DNA of 64,000 nucleotides from Bacilli bacterium (GTDB lineage Bacteria; Bacillota_I; Bacilli_A; RFN20; CAG-449): NCBI GenBank assembly GCA_900755065.1, contig CAAEFC010000006.1, positions 31,828 to 95,827 of the forward strand, read 5' to 3'. Shown piece by piece: positions 27,828 to 37,624 of this stretch (position 1 is its first letter; each line of letters starts with the position of its first letter). The notes under the pieces were generated by a model. It saw only the letters and a program-made list of their open reading frames with translations, ran no database searches and was not told where the DNA came from. The position numbers and the translations under genes were made by a program.

Positions 27828-29078
27828 ATGAAAGCCAGGATTACGGATTTGAAAGCGCGTCAGGTTCTCTCGTCGAGAGGCGAACCGACGGTCGAAGTGG
27901 AACTGACGTTGAACGACGCGTACAAGGGAGTGAGCATCGTTCCTTCCGGCGCATCGAAAGGAAAGTACGAGGCCAAGGAACTGAAAGACGGCAATGCCCA
28001 GGTGTACAGGGGGAAAAGCGTCTATCACGTCTGCAAGACGATCAACAAGGAATTGCACGATTATCTGGTGGGCAGAGAATTCGCTTCGCCGAGAGAACTG
28101 GACGAGTTTCTGCTGTTCCTGGATGGCACGAAGAACAAGCGGAGATACGGCGGAAACGGATTGCTGGGCATATCCGTCTCCTATCTGAAAGCGTTGAGCG
28201 CCTTGTCTTCCATGGAAGTCTACCGTTTCATCGGCGGGATCGATCTTCATCGTTTTCCCGTACCGATGATGAACGTCATCAACGGCGGCGCGCACGTCAA
28301 CAATTCGCTCGATATTCAGGAGTTTATGATCGTTCCCGTCGGCGCTTCGGATATGGAAGAAGCCGTCCGCTGGTGCGTGGAAGTCTATTATAGTCTCAAA
28401 GAGGCGTTGCAGAAAAAAGGATTTGCCACCAGCGTGGGCGACGAAGGCGGTTTCGCGCCCGATTTCAAGAGCGAAGAAGAGGCGCTCGGGGTGTTGACGG
28501 AAGCCATTTACGCCGCCGGATACACATCGGGGAAAGACTTTAAAATCAGTCTGGACGTCGCCGCAAGCGAGTGGAAGCGGAAAGACGGTTACTATCTTCC
28601 GAAGAAAAAACGATTGATGAGCCGGGAAGAACTGAGGGATTTTTATCTGGAAATCATCGAGAAGTTTCCGATTCTCTCCATCGAGGATCCCTTCGATCAG
28701 GAAGATTATCCGGCCTGGAAGGGATTTGCCGCGCAGGTGAAAGGTCGCGTGCTTGTCGTCGGGGACGACCTTTTTACGACCAATGAAAAGCGTTTAGCGA
28801 TGGGCGTTGAAAAGAAACTTGCGGATTCGATCCTGATCAAGCCGAATCAGATCGGCACGATCGGCGAAACGCTGGATTGCATTCATCTGGCGCGAAAAAA
28901 CGGGTTTAAAGTCATCTTATCCCACCGTTCCGGCGACAGCGAAGATTCTTTTATCAGCGATCTGGCTTACGGGGTGAACGCCGATTACGTCAAGTTCGGC
29001 GCGCCTTGCCGAAGCGAAAGAACGGCGAAATACAACCGGCTTTTGAAGATCGACTCCGAAATCAACGGTACGAAATGA
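27828..29078 (+). CDS. eno: enolase (phosphopyruvate hydratase), divergent but with catalytic residues intact
   Basis: SRGEPTVEVEL, VPSGASKG, NGGAHVNNSLDIQEFMIVPVGA, SLDVAASEW, SIEDPFDQ, VGDDLFTTN, LIKPNQIGT, SHRSGDSEDS, KYNRLLKI. Confidence 0.8.
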   Translation: MKARITDLKARQVLSSRGEPTVEVELTLNDAYKGVSIVPSGASKGKYEAKELKDGNAQVYRGKSVYHVCKTINKELHDYLVGREFASPRELDEFLLFLDGTKNKRRYGGNGLLGISVSYLKALSALSSMEVYRFIGGIDLHRFPVPMMNVINGGAHVNNSLDIQEFMIVPVGASDMEEAVRWCVEVYYSLKEALQKKGFATSVGDEGGFAPDFKSEEEALGVLTEAIYAAGYTSGKDFKISLDVAASEWKRKDGYYLPKKKRLMSREELRDFYLEIIEKFPILSIEDPFDQEDYPAWKGFAAQVKGRVLVVGDDLFTTNEKRLAMGVEKKLADSILIKPNQIGTIGETLDCIHLARKNGFKVILSHRSGDSEDSFISDLAYGVNADYVKFGAPCRSERTAKYNRLLKIDSEINGTK

Positions 29079-30358
29079 GCGGACGTTCTTTCTCGGAAAA
29101 CAAGCAAAGAACGTATTTCTGCATCGATTTAAAGACTTTTTACGCTTCGGTGGAATGCGTGATCCGTCAGTTGAATCCCTTTTCGACCGATCTGGTGGTC
29201 GCTGACCCGTCGAGAGGAAAAGGGGCGATCTGCCTCGCCGTTTCGCCGCATCTGAAAGAACTCGGCGTCCGGAACCGATGCCGGCTGTACGAGATTCCCG
29301 ATTCGATCGCTTATCTGACCGCTTTGCCGAGGATGAGCCTGTATATCCGTTATTCGGCGCGCATTTACGGGATTTATCTGCGCTTCGTCGCCAAAGAGGA
29401 TATTCACGTCTACTCGATCGACGAGGCCTTTCTCGACGTAACCGATTATCTGAGACTGTACCGGCTGACTCCGGAACTTCTGGCGGAAAAGATAATGAAA
29501 ACCGTCCTCGACGAAACGGGGATTCCCTCCGCATGCGGGATCGGAACCAATCTGTATCTGGCCAAAGTGGCGCTGGACATTCTGGCGAAGCATCGGGAAA
29601 ACGGGATCGCCGTCCTCGACGAAACGCGTTATCGCGAACAACTCGGCCGTCATCGTCCTCTGACGGATTTCTGGCAGATCGGTAGCGGAATCGCCCGTCG
29701 GCTGGAAAGTCACGGCTATTATTATCTCGAAGACGTCGCCGAAGCGGATCCGCGGATCCTTTACGGCTTGTTCGGCGTCAATGCCGAATACCTGATCGAT
29801 CACGCCAGAGGGGTCGAACCCTGCACGATCGAAGAGATCCACAATTATAAGGTCGAATCCCGTTCCGTTTCATCGGGACAGGTGCTTTTCGAGGATTACG
29901 ATTTTGAAAAAGCGGAATTGGTCGTCAAGGAAATGGTTGAGTTGGCCTGTCTCGACCTGAGCGAAAGGCATTTAGTCGCTTCCGGGATCGGACTTTCCGT
30001 CGGTTATTCCAAAGAAAGAATACCGCGTTCCGGCGGAAGCGCGAAACTGACGAATACGACGAACAGTTTCCGCCTTCTTCTTCCTCGCTTTCTCGAACTG
30101 TATCGGAAGACGACGAAGAGGGAGACGCCGATCCGGAAGATCACGGTCTTTTTTTCGGACGTGAAAGACGAACTGTACGAGCAATACGACTTGTTTACCG
30201 ATCGGGAAGAAGCCCGAAAAGATGTCCGCTTGCAGAAAACGCTGGTGAAAATCAAGAAAAAGTACGGAAAAAGCGCGGTGATGCGCGGCATGAATCTGGA
30301 AAAAGGGGCGACGACGTTGAAACGGAACAAACTGATCGGAGGTCACAATGGCGAATAG
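29075..30358 (+). CDS. Y-family translesion DNA polymerase (UvrX/YqjW-like)
   Basis: FCIDLKTFYASVECV, VYSIDEAFLDVT. C-terminus AVMRGMNLEKGATTLKRNKLIGGHNG parallels the Bacillus UvrX tail. The ATG at 29075 overlaps the eno stop (ATGA). Confidence 0.8.
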   Translation: MSGRSFSENKQRTYFCIDLKTFYASVECVIRQLNPFSTDLVVADPSRGKGAICLAVSPHLKELGVRNRCRLYEIPDSIAYLTALPRMSLYIRYSARIYGIYLRFVAKEDIHVYSIDEAFLDVTDYLRLYRLTPELLAEKIMKTVLDETGIPSACGIGTNLYLAKVALDILAKHRENGIAVLDETRYREQLGRHRPLTDFWQIGSGIARRLESHGYYYLEDVAEADPRILYGLFGVNAEYLIDHARGVEPCTIEEIHNYKVESRSVSSGQVLFEDYDFEKAELVVKEMVELACLDLSERHLVASGIGLSVGYSKERIPRSGGSAKLTNTTNSFRLLLPRFLELYRKTTKRETPIRKITVFFSDVKDELYEQYDLFTDREEARKDVRLQKTLVKIKKKYGKSAVMRGMNLEKGATTLKRNKLIGGHNGE

Positions 30359-30671
30359 AAAAAAAGCCGACCGGGCGAAGCAATTCATTCCTTTCGATGC
30401 TCTGAAAGGGTTCCGCGAGGCCCTGAAAGCAGAGGAGAAGAGAGTCGTTGAACGGAAAGAACTCCCGGAAATCGACGCAGAAACGCTGAACCGGGTTCTT
30501 CTCGACGTGAAAAAGAATGATCAAGTCAGAGTCGTCTATTTTGAAGACGGTGAATATTTGGAAGCGGAAGGCGCGGTCGTTTCCGTCGACCGGACAGAAA
30601 GAAAGATCCGGATCGTCCGGAAATGGATCCGCTTCGACGACCTTTTCCTTCTGGAAATCGTCCGCCGATAA
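30348..30671 (+). CDS. YolD-like protein (partner of UvrX/YqjW-type polymerases)
   Basis: 107 aa. Overlaps the polymerase stop. The gene order polY-yolD is as in B. subtilis yqjW-yqjX and uvrX-yolD. Confidence 0.6.
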   Translation: MANRKKADRAKQFIPFDALKGFREALKAEEKRVVERKELPEIDAETLNRVLLDVKKNDQVRVVYFEDGEYLEAEGAVVSVDRTERKIRIVRKWIRFDDLFLLEIVRR

Positions 30672-30726
30672 AATTTTCTGATGCGAACGAAGCGAAATCC
30701 TGTATAATGAAAGCAGGTGAGGTTTT

Positions 30727-32769
30727 GTGAAAAAAAAGAAAAGCCGTCTGTTCGGCACGATCATTCTGAGCGCGATGATTTTAACCGGTTGTCGGGTCCA
30801 TCCGGACGGTTCCGTTTCGGAAACATCTTTTACGGGAAATTCATCGGGTTCTTTTCCGGTTTCGGAAAGCACGTCGGCGCTTTCGAGTTCGGCGATTTCG
30901 GAAGTCTCTTCGCTTCCGTTCGGAGTCGAAGACCTGCATGAGGGCTATTACGCTTCGATCGTTTCGTGGGAAAACGGCGAAGATCTGAAAAGGCAGTTGC
31001 AGGCGTTGATCGCGTCGGACATCGTCTTTCAGCCGTATCATTCCAATTGGGAAGTCAACGCGCTGGCCGATCAGTCTCAGACGAATTTCGACAAGGTCGA
31101 ACAAGTGTATTCCAAAGAGGAAATTCTGAAAAGCGAAACCAATTACAACGGAAAAGGCTGGCAGAAAGAACATGCGTTCTGTCAGTCGTTGATGAACCAC
31201 TATGTCAGCGGAAAAACGATCAATGTCGCTTTGGACGGAAGCACGGAACTCCGTTCGATCGGTTTCAACGACGACGGATTCGTTCTCCTTTTTGAAGGCG
31301 AAATGGTTTATCCGTCCGCGCTTTCGATTCTGGAAAGCGGGCAGGAAAGTCCGTCGGTCTATACCTTTTCGGGCGGAAATCTCCTGAAAGACGGCGTTTT
31401 CTTTTCTTCGGTTGCCGCTTTGAGCGCGGCGGAAAAGGGAAACGGCAGAACGGACATTATGCTCCTTCCGGAAGGAGGGGAAGAAGTAAATCTGGGCGAA
31501 TTGGTTTCGCTCACTTTTTCCCGTCCGGAAGAAGGTTCGAAAGGCGGCGTGGCCAGCGATTATCACAATCTGTTCGCTTCGTTTTATTCGGGCAATACGG
31601 CCAGAGGGAACAAGGAACTCGGCACGGCAACCGGCACGATCACTTCGCAGGGCGACGACTATCGGGCCGATACGCTTCACTTCGAGCCGGGCGATACGGA
31701 CAAAGGACTTCTTTCCCGCGCGATTCTCTACATGGATACCTGCTATTCGGATCTCCGCCTCGAAGAGGGGAGTTACACGATGAACGATGTGCTTCTGAAC
31801 GGCTACGGCATGCACGGCAACCGGTCTGAATTGGTTTCGTGGGCTTCTTCTTTCGACGTCGACGTTCACGAATACCAGCACAACGAGGTCGTCTTTTCGT
31901 ATCAGAAGAACCGGAATCCGTACATCGACTTTCCGATGTTCGTCGATTACGTCTACGGCGACAAGCGCGATCTGGCGGGAACGATCGAAGACGTTTTGCC
32001 TTCGTCGAGTTTCCTGCAATTGAAAATGAATGAAAAGAACTACCGGAATCTGGCGATCGAAAGCGTCCGTTACGACTATCGGGTCGGCGAAACCTTTACG
32101 CGCGCCGATGTCGGCAAGGCTTATACGGTGTATACCGATCTGTCGAAAGACGAAACGGACGTCGGTTCGCTTTCTTTCTCGCTGAACGACGGCTATGCGT
32201 TCACGGAAAAGGACGTGGGAACCCAAGACGTGGTCGTCAGCGACGGAAAGACGTCGGTTACGTATTCGATCACCATTTCGGAGGAAGACGCGAACAAGGA
32301 TTTTGAATACATCTATTCGTTCATCAAGGACGGAAAAGCCAATTCGGAGTTGCTGAAAGGCTTATCCTCGACGAATCCTCTGGAAGTGAGCCTGGACGCG
32401 CTGGATTTCGCTTTCTCGATGGAAAGCGGCGCGCGGGGAACCGGGAACAAGGATAAAGGCGTGGCGTTCGGAAGCGGAACGGCACCGGCGGGAACCGTCG
32501 TCATCGAATCGCTGAATGCGATCCGGATCGGCGAATTGTCGAAAATCAAGGAAGTGCAGATCAACGCTTCTTCCGCTTCGGGAGGCACGTATCTTCTTCA
32601 AGTGTATGTCGGCGACGTACTTCTGGGCGAAGTCACTAGCGGAAACACGACGGCGCGGGTTTTCTTCTTTCCGTGTGAGACGCCGGTCGAGGGAAAACTG
32701 AAAATCGTCTTTTCGGGATTGACGAAAACGCTTTATCTGAAAGAAATTTCCATCGATTTGACAGATTGA
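30727..32769 (+). CDS. Endonuclease-I family (EndA/Vvn/Bsn-like) extracellular nuclease lipoprotein with long C-terminal extension
   Basis: Lipobox ILTGC. WQKEHAFCQS (EH..P/S-type block). DYHNLFASFYSGNTARGNKELG resembles the D.HNL...N.RGN metal-site block. Extra ~350 aa beta-rich C-terminus. Confidence 0.5.
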   Translation: MKKKKSRLFGTIILSAMILTGCRVHPDGSVSETSFTGNSSGSFPVSESTSALSSSAISEVSSLPFGVEDLHEGYYASIVSWENGEDLKRQLQALIASDIVFQPYHSNWEVNALADQSQTNFDKVEQVYSKEEILKSETNYNGKGWQKEHAFCQSLMNHYVSGKTINVALDGSTELRSIGFNDDGFVLLFEGEMVYPSALSILESGQESPSVYTFSGGNLLKDGVFFSSVAALSAAEKGNGRTDIMLLPEGGEEVNLGELVSLTFSRPEEGSKGGVASDYHNLFASFYSGNTARGNKELGTATGTITSQGDDYRADTLHFEPGDTDKGLLSRAILYMDTCYSDLRLEEGSYTMNDVLLNGYGMHGNRSELVSWASSFDVDVHEYQHNEVVFSYQKNRNPYIDFPMFVDYVYGDKRDLAGTIEDVLPSSSFLQLKMNEKNYRNLAIESVRYDYRVGETFTRADVGKAYTVYTDLSKDETDVGSLSFSLNDGYAFTEKDVGTQDVVVSDGKTSVTYSITISEEDANKDFEYIYSFIKDGKANSELLKGLSSTNPLEVSLDALDFAFSMESGARGTGNKDKGVAFGSGTAPAGTVVIESLNAIRIGELSKIKEVQINASSASGGTYLLQVYVGDVLLGEVTSGNTTARVFFFPCETPVEGKLKIVFSGLTKTLYLKEISIDLTD

Positions 32770-32838
32770 TAGTCAACTTTTCTTCTTTGTGGTATCATAA
32801 AAAGCAAGATTGCCTTCGAGGATCCGAAAGGGGAACAA

Positions 32839-33876
32839 ATGAACATAGATGTACGCGTATCCGATAAAAATTACACGATCGTGCTGGAAAGAGGCGCTTT
32901 GTCTCATTTCGGCGCCGATCCCGTTTTTTCGGCCGCGAAAGTCCTGATTCTCAGCGACGACGGCGTACCGGAAATCTATCGGAAAAGGCTTTGCAAAGCG
33001 ATCCGAAACGCTTTTTGCCTGACGATCCGACAGGGAGAGCAGGCCAAATCGGCGGAGAATTTTCTCAACGTTCAGCGCTTCCTTCTCGAACATCAGTTTC
33101 AGAAGAGCGATATCTTGCTTTCTCTGGGCGGAGGCGTGATTTCCGATCTGGGGGCGTTTTCGGCTTCGGTTTACAAGCGCGGCATGCGCTTTATCGCCGT
33201 GCCGACGACGACGTTAAGCATGATCGACGCTTCGGTGGGCGGAAAAAACGGCATCAATTTTCAGGGCGTGAAGAATATGATCGGAACGTACTATCACCCC
33301 GATCGGGTGCTGATCGATCCGGACACGCTGAAAACGCTGCCGCGGCGGCACTTGATCAACGGATTGATCGAAGCCTTGAAGACCGGATTGATTCTGAATC
33401 CGGAATTGTATCGCCTCTTCCGGGATCGGGAATACGAGGAACAAATCGATCGGGTGATCGAACTATCGCTGAGAAGCAAGATCGCGGTGGTCGAGGAAGA
33501 TGAAAAAGAGGCGGGCAGACGCATGATTCTCAATTTCGGACACACGCTGGCTCATGCGTTTGAAAGCATCGGACATCTGAACGAAATCTATCACGGCGAG
33601 GCCGTCGCTTCCGGCATGCTCTACATGATCGACGATCCGGCTCTGAAAAGGGAAGTCAAAGGAATTCTCGAAGAAATGCAGGTGCCGCTTTGGAAGATCG
33701 CGGATCCGGAAGAAGTGATCCGTTATGTGGAAAACGATAAAAAATGGCGCAAAGGCGCGCTGAATCTGGTCCTGGTGAAAGAAGTCGGAAAGGGAGAGAT
33801 CGTCTCTTCCGACATCGCGGAGGTCAGAAGAAGAATCGGAGGCGAAGAAAATGAGTACGATCGGAAATCTGTTTAA
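32839..33876 (+). CDS. aroB: 3-dehydroquinate synthase
   Basis: GGGVISDLGAFSASVYKRGMRFIAVPTTTLSMIDASVGGKNGIN, HTLAHAFE. Confidence 0.85.
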   Translation: MNIDVRVSDKNYTIVLERGALSHFGADPVFSAAKVLILSDDGVPEIYRKRLCKAIRNAFCLTIRQGEQAKSAENFLNVQRFLLEHQFQKSDILLSLGGGVISDLGAFSASVYKRGMRFIAVPTTTLSMIDASVGGKNGINFQGVKNMIGTYYHPDRVLIDPDTLKTLPRRHLINGLIEALKTGLILNPELYRLFRDREYEEQIDRVIELSLRSKIAVVEEDEKEAGRRMILNFGHTLAHAFESIGHLNEIYHGEAVASGMLYMIDDPALKREVKGILEEMQVPLWKIADPEEVIRYVENDKKWRKGALNLVLVKEVGKGEIVSSDIAEVRRRIGGEENEYDRKSV

Positions 33877-34942
33877 AGTCACCGTTTTCGGCGAATCGCA
33901 CGGTCCCCAGATCGGCGTGGTGATTTCCGGCGTTCCGTCGGGAACGGAAATCGACTTTTCCCGGCTGAATCGGGCGCTGAAATGGCGGAGGGGAATCGAG
34001 GAACTGTCCACGTCGAGAAGAGAACAGGACGATTTCCGGATCGTTTCCGGCTTTTTTAACGGAAGAACGACCGGCGCGCCTCTGACGTTTCTCCTCGACA
34101 ACAAGGACGTCGACGATGCGGTGTATGCCCGCGAAATCGTCCGTCCTTCGCACGCGGATTACTACGCCGAAGTGAAGTACCGCGGATTTCAGGACTATCG
34201 GGGAGGAGGCCCTTTTTCCGGGCGGTTGAGCGCCTGTTACGTGATCGCCGGCACGATCGCGGAATCGCTTCTGAACCGGAAAGGAATTGCGCTGGCTTCC
34301 CGCGTCAAACGGATTTACGATGTCGACGATGCGGATCCTTCCGCGCCGGTCGAAACGCTGATCCGCGACCTGAACGAGCAGATCTTTCCGACTTTTTCCG
34401 AAGAAAAAAAGGCTTTGATGCAACAACGCATCCGGGAAGCGCGGGCGGAAGGGGATTCTCTGGGCGGAATCGTGGAAACCTACATCGACCTTCGCGCGCA
34501 TTGGATCGGAGGACCGTTTTTCGATTCGGTCGAGAGCAAACTCGCTTCTTATCTGTTTGCTTTGGGCGGCGTCAAGGGGATCGCGTTCGGCGAGGGCTTC
34601 GGCTTTGTTCATCTCAAAGGAAGTCAGGCCAACGACGCCTACGGAATCGAAAACGGAGAAGTCGTCCTGAAAAGCAACCGGAATGGAGGGATTCTCGGCG
34701 GCATCGCGGGAAAGAATCCGATCGTCTTTTCCACCGTCGTCAAGCCGACGCCGTCGATCGGAAAAGAGCAGGAAACGGTCGATCTGAACCGAAAGAAAGA
34801 AGTCCGCGCGGTCATTCGGGGAAGACACGACCCGTGCATCGTACCCAGAGCCTTATACGGGATCAACGCTTTAAGCGCGATGGCGATCCTCGACCTCCTC
34901 ATGGAAGAGTACGGAAGAGATTTTTTCCGGAGGGACGAATGA
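33851..34942 (+). CDS. aroC: chorismate synthase
   Basis: MSTIGNLFKVTVFGESHGPQIGVVISGVPSG..., GRHDPCIVPRA. Confidence 0.85.
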   Translation: MSTIGNLFKVTVFGESHGPQIGVVISGVPSGTEIDFSRLNRALKWRRGIEELSTSRREQDDFRIVSGFFNGRTTGAPLTFLLDNKDVDDAVYAREIVRPSHADYYAEVKYRGFQDYRGGGPFSGRLSACYVIAGTIAESLLNRKGIALASRVKRIYDVDDADPSAPVETLIRDLNEQIFPTFSEEKKALMQQRIREARAEGDSLGGIVETYIDLRAHWIGGPFFDSVESKLASYLFALGGVKGIAFGEGFGFVHLKGSQANDAYGIENGEVVLKSNRNGGILGGIAGKNPIVFSTVVKPTPSIGKEQETVDLNRKKEVRAVIRGRHDPCIVPRALYGINALSAMAILDLLMEEYGRDFFRRDE

Positions 34943-36189
34943 AAGCGTATCTGATCGGATATCCGTTGGGGTATTCCTATTCGCCGGAGATTCACCGCCT
35001 CTTCAACGAGAAAATCGATTACGCCGAAAAGCCGTTGAAAGAGGAAGAACTCGGACGCTTTCTGTCCGAAAAAGCCTTTGATGGTCTGAACGTGACGATT
35101 CCTTACAAGGAAAAGGTGCTTCCCTTTCTCGATGCGCTCGACGGCGCGGCGCGGGAAATCGGCGCGGTGAATACAATCGTCTGCCGGCAGAAGAAACTGA
35201 TCGGATACAACACCGATCATCTGGGCGTGGCGAAAACCTTCGCCGATCACCGGATCGGCATCAAGGGAAAAACGGCGATGATTTTAGGAAGCGGCGGAAC
35301 GTACCGGACGATCCGTTACGTGCTGGAAAAGGCGGGAGTTCAACGCATTTACGGCGTTTCCCGGAATCCGAAAAACGACGCGTGGATTTCCTATCCGGAA
35401 GCAATGAAAAAAGCGGACGTTCAGATTCTGATCAACGCGACGCCGGTGGGAACCTACCCCGATACGGATCAGACGCCGATCCGGCTGAACGCTTTTCCCC
35501 GCCTCGAATGCGTTTTCGACATGATCTACAATCCGTATCGGACGGCCCTTCTTCTGGAAGCCGAAGAACGGGGAATTCAGGCGATCAACGGATTGAAGAC
35601 GTTGGTCGATCAGGCGGGATACGCGGAAGAACTTTTTCTTTCTTCTCCGATCGGCGAAGAGAAGTACCGAAGCGTGTATGCGACGGTGCGGCGGCGAAAC
35701 CGCTCGATCGTGCTGATCGGCATGCCGGGTTCGGGAAAGTCGACCGTGGGGGCGTTATTAGCCGAACGCCTGCACACCGATTTCATCGACATCGACCGGG
35801 AAATCGAAAAGCAATGCCGTCTTTCGGTGAAGGAAATCTTCCGACGGCACGGCGAAGCGTATTTCCGGAGATTGGAAGAAGAGATTGCCGGACAGGCGGC
35901 GCTTTTAAAAGGAAAAGTGATCGCGACCGGAGGCGGTCTGGTTGAAAACGACCGCATCATGTCCTTATTTCGTCAGAACGGCATGCTGATTGCCTTACAG
36001 AGAGAGCCGGACGCCGCTTTGTTCGGAAAAGACCGTCCGAAACTGAACGATCGGGAGGATTATCTTTCGCTCTACGAAAGAAGAAAAGAAAAGTACGACC
36101 ATTATGCAGATGCGACCGTGTCCAACGACGGTCGGCTGGAAGAAACGGTCGCGAAGGTGGTGGAAATCGATGAAAGTGCTGATTCTTAA
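34939..36189 (+). CDS. aroE-aroK: fused shikimate dehydrogenase / shikimate kinase
   Basis: N-terminal MKAYLIGYPLGYSYSPEIH...NTIVCRQKKLIGYNTD (AroE). C-terminal IVLIGMPGSGKSTVGALLAERL...DIDREIE...KVIATGGG (AroK). The track ORF 34501.. is an upstream extension in the same frame. The ATG at 34939 overlaps the aroC stop. Confidence 0.75.
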   Translation: MKAYLIGYPLGYSYSPEIHRLFNEKIDYAEKPLKEEELGRFLSEKAFDGLNVTIPYKEKVLPFLDALDGAAREIGAVNTIVCRQKKLIGYNTDHLGVAKTFADHRIGIKGKTAMILGSGGTYRTIRYVLEKAGVQRIYGVSRNPKNDAWISYPEAMKKADVQILINATPVGTYPDTDQTPIRLNAFPRLECVFDMIYNPYRTALLLEAEERGIQAINGLKTLVDQAGYAEELFLSSPIGEEKYRSVYATVRRRNRSIVLIGMPGSGKSTVGALLAERLHTDFIDIDREIEKQCRLSVKEIFRRHGEAYFRRLEEEIAGQAALLKGKVIATGGGLVENDRIMSLFRQNGMLIALQREPDAALFGKDRPKLNDREDYLSLYERRKEKYDHYADATVSNDGRLEETVAKVVEIDESADS

Positions 36190-36607
36190 CGGCCCGAATC
36201 TCAATTTTCTGGGCATTCGGGAAAAGGAAATCTACGGGACGGCAACGTACAAAGAGGCGTGCCGGAAGATCCGGAATTACGCGAAAAAGAAGGGCGTTCG
36301 GGTGAAAATCCGGCAATCCAACGACGAGGGGAAACTGATCGGCTGGATTCAGAAAGCATATGTCCGGAAGTACGACGGCATCGTCTTCAATCCGGCCGCG
36401 TATACGCATACTTCCATCGCCTTGCTCGACGCGCTGAAAAGCGTTCAGATCCGCACGGTCGAAGTGCATATCAGCGACGTGGAGAAGCGGGAGGATTTTC
36501 GGAAAATCTCGTATATCGGCGAATACGCGGAAAAGAGGATCATCGGACACGGGATCGACGGTTATTGCGAAGCGATCGACGTGTTGAGGGGAGAGAGGAA
36601 ACTATGA
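36170..36607 (+). CDS. aroQ: type II 3-dehydroquinate dehydratase
   Basis: MKVLILNGPNLNFLGIRE...FNPAAYTHTSIALLDAL...VEVHISDV. Confidence 0.8.
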   Translation: MKVLILNGPNLNFLGIREKEIYGTATYKEACRKIRNYAKKKGVRVKIRQSNDEGKLIGWIQKAYVRKYDGIVFNPAAYTHTSIALLDALKSVQIRTVEVHISDVEKREDFRKISYIGEYAEKRIIGHGIDGYCEAIDVLRGERKL

Positions 36608-37623
36608 TATTGACATTGGCAAACGATATTGAAGAGAAACAGATCGCTGCGATCGAGCGATATTTTCAGGCGTACGCCTGCAAGACGCTGATCATCAAGG
36701 GCGATAAGATCACTTCGTGCAACATCATCGGCGAAACGACGCGCATCGACGAAAACTCGGTCCGGGCGCTTTCCGGCGTCGAATCGGTCCGAAGAATCGC
36801 CACGCCGTACAAGCAGGTTTCCCGCGCTTTTCACAAAGAGGACACGATCGTTTCGATCGGCTCGCTTCAACTCGGCGGTCATTCGCCGATCGTCATCATG
36901 GGCGGTCCCTGTTCGGTAGAGAACGAAGAGCAGATCGACGACATCGCCCTCCACGTCAAAGCGGCGGGCGGGAAAATGCTTCGGGGCGGCGCGTATAAAC
37001 CGCGCACGTCGCCGTATGCGTTTCAGGGTCTCGGCACGCGCGGCATTCTGGCCATGGCGGCGGCGGGAAAAAAGCACGGCCTTCCGATCGTGTCGGAACT
37101 GATGAGCGAAGATAAAATCGACGAATTTGAAAAATACGTCGACTTGATTCAGATCGGCGCGCGGAACATGCAGAACTTTGAACTCCTGAAAGCGGTGGGG
37201 CAGAGGACGACGAAACCGATCCTTTTGAAACGAGGAATGGCTTCGACGATCGAAGAGTGGCTGATGTCGGCGGAATACATCGTCGCATCGGGGAATCCGA
37301 ACGTCATTCTCTGCGAAAGAGGAATCCGGACGTTTGAAAAGTATACGCGGAACACCCTCGATGTCAGCGTGATACCGCTGGTGAAAAAGTATTCGCATCT
37401 TCCGATCGTCATCGACCCGAGCCACGCGACGGGGAGCGGAGATCTGGTGGAAGCGATGTCTCTGGCTTCGATTGCCGCCGGGTGCGACGGACTGATCATC
37501 GAAGTGCACAATCAGCCGGAAAAGGCGTTCAGCGACGGGCAGCAATGCCTGAAATACGATCAGTTCGCTTCTCTGATCGAAAAAGGAAGAAAGATCGCCG
37601 AAGTCATCGGTCGGGAGATCTGA
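36604..37623 (+). CDS. aroF: DAHP synthase (AroF/KDSA-like class I-beta) with N-terminal regulatory domain
   Basis: MILTLANDIEE... then GGPCSVENEEQ, LRGGAYKPRTSPY, IDPSHATG. The ATG overlaps the aroQ stop. Confidence 0.8.
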   Translation: MILTLANDIEEKQIAAIERYFQAYACKTLIIKGDKITSCNIIGETTRIDENSVRALSGVESVRRIATPYKQVSRAFHKEDTIVSIGSLQLGGHSPIVIMGGPCSVENEEQIDDIALHVKAAGGKMLRGGAYKPRTSPYAFQGLGTRGILAMAAAGKKHGLPIVSELMSEDKIDEFEKYVDLIQIGARNMQNFELLKAVGQRTTKPILLKRGMASTIEEWLMSAEYIVASGNPNVILCERGIRTFEKYTRNTLDVSVIPLVKKYSHLPIVIDPSHATGSGDLVEAMSLASIAAGCDGLIIEVHNQPEKAFSDGQQCLKYDQFASLIEKGRKIAEVIGREI

Positions 37624-37624
37624 A

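Noticed and set aside
34501-34938. N-terminal extension of track ORF 34501..36189
   Set aside because: The extension overlaps aroC in another frame and is Arg-rich. The real aroE-aroK start is the ATG at 34939 overlapping the aroC stop.
36259-36603. N-terminal extension of track ORF 36259..37623
   Set aside because: It overlaps aroQ. The DAHP synthase begins at ATG 36604 (MILTLANDIEE).
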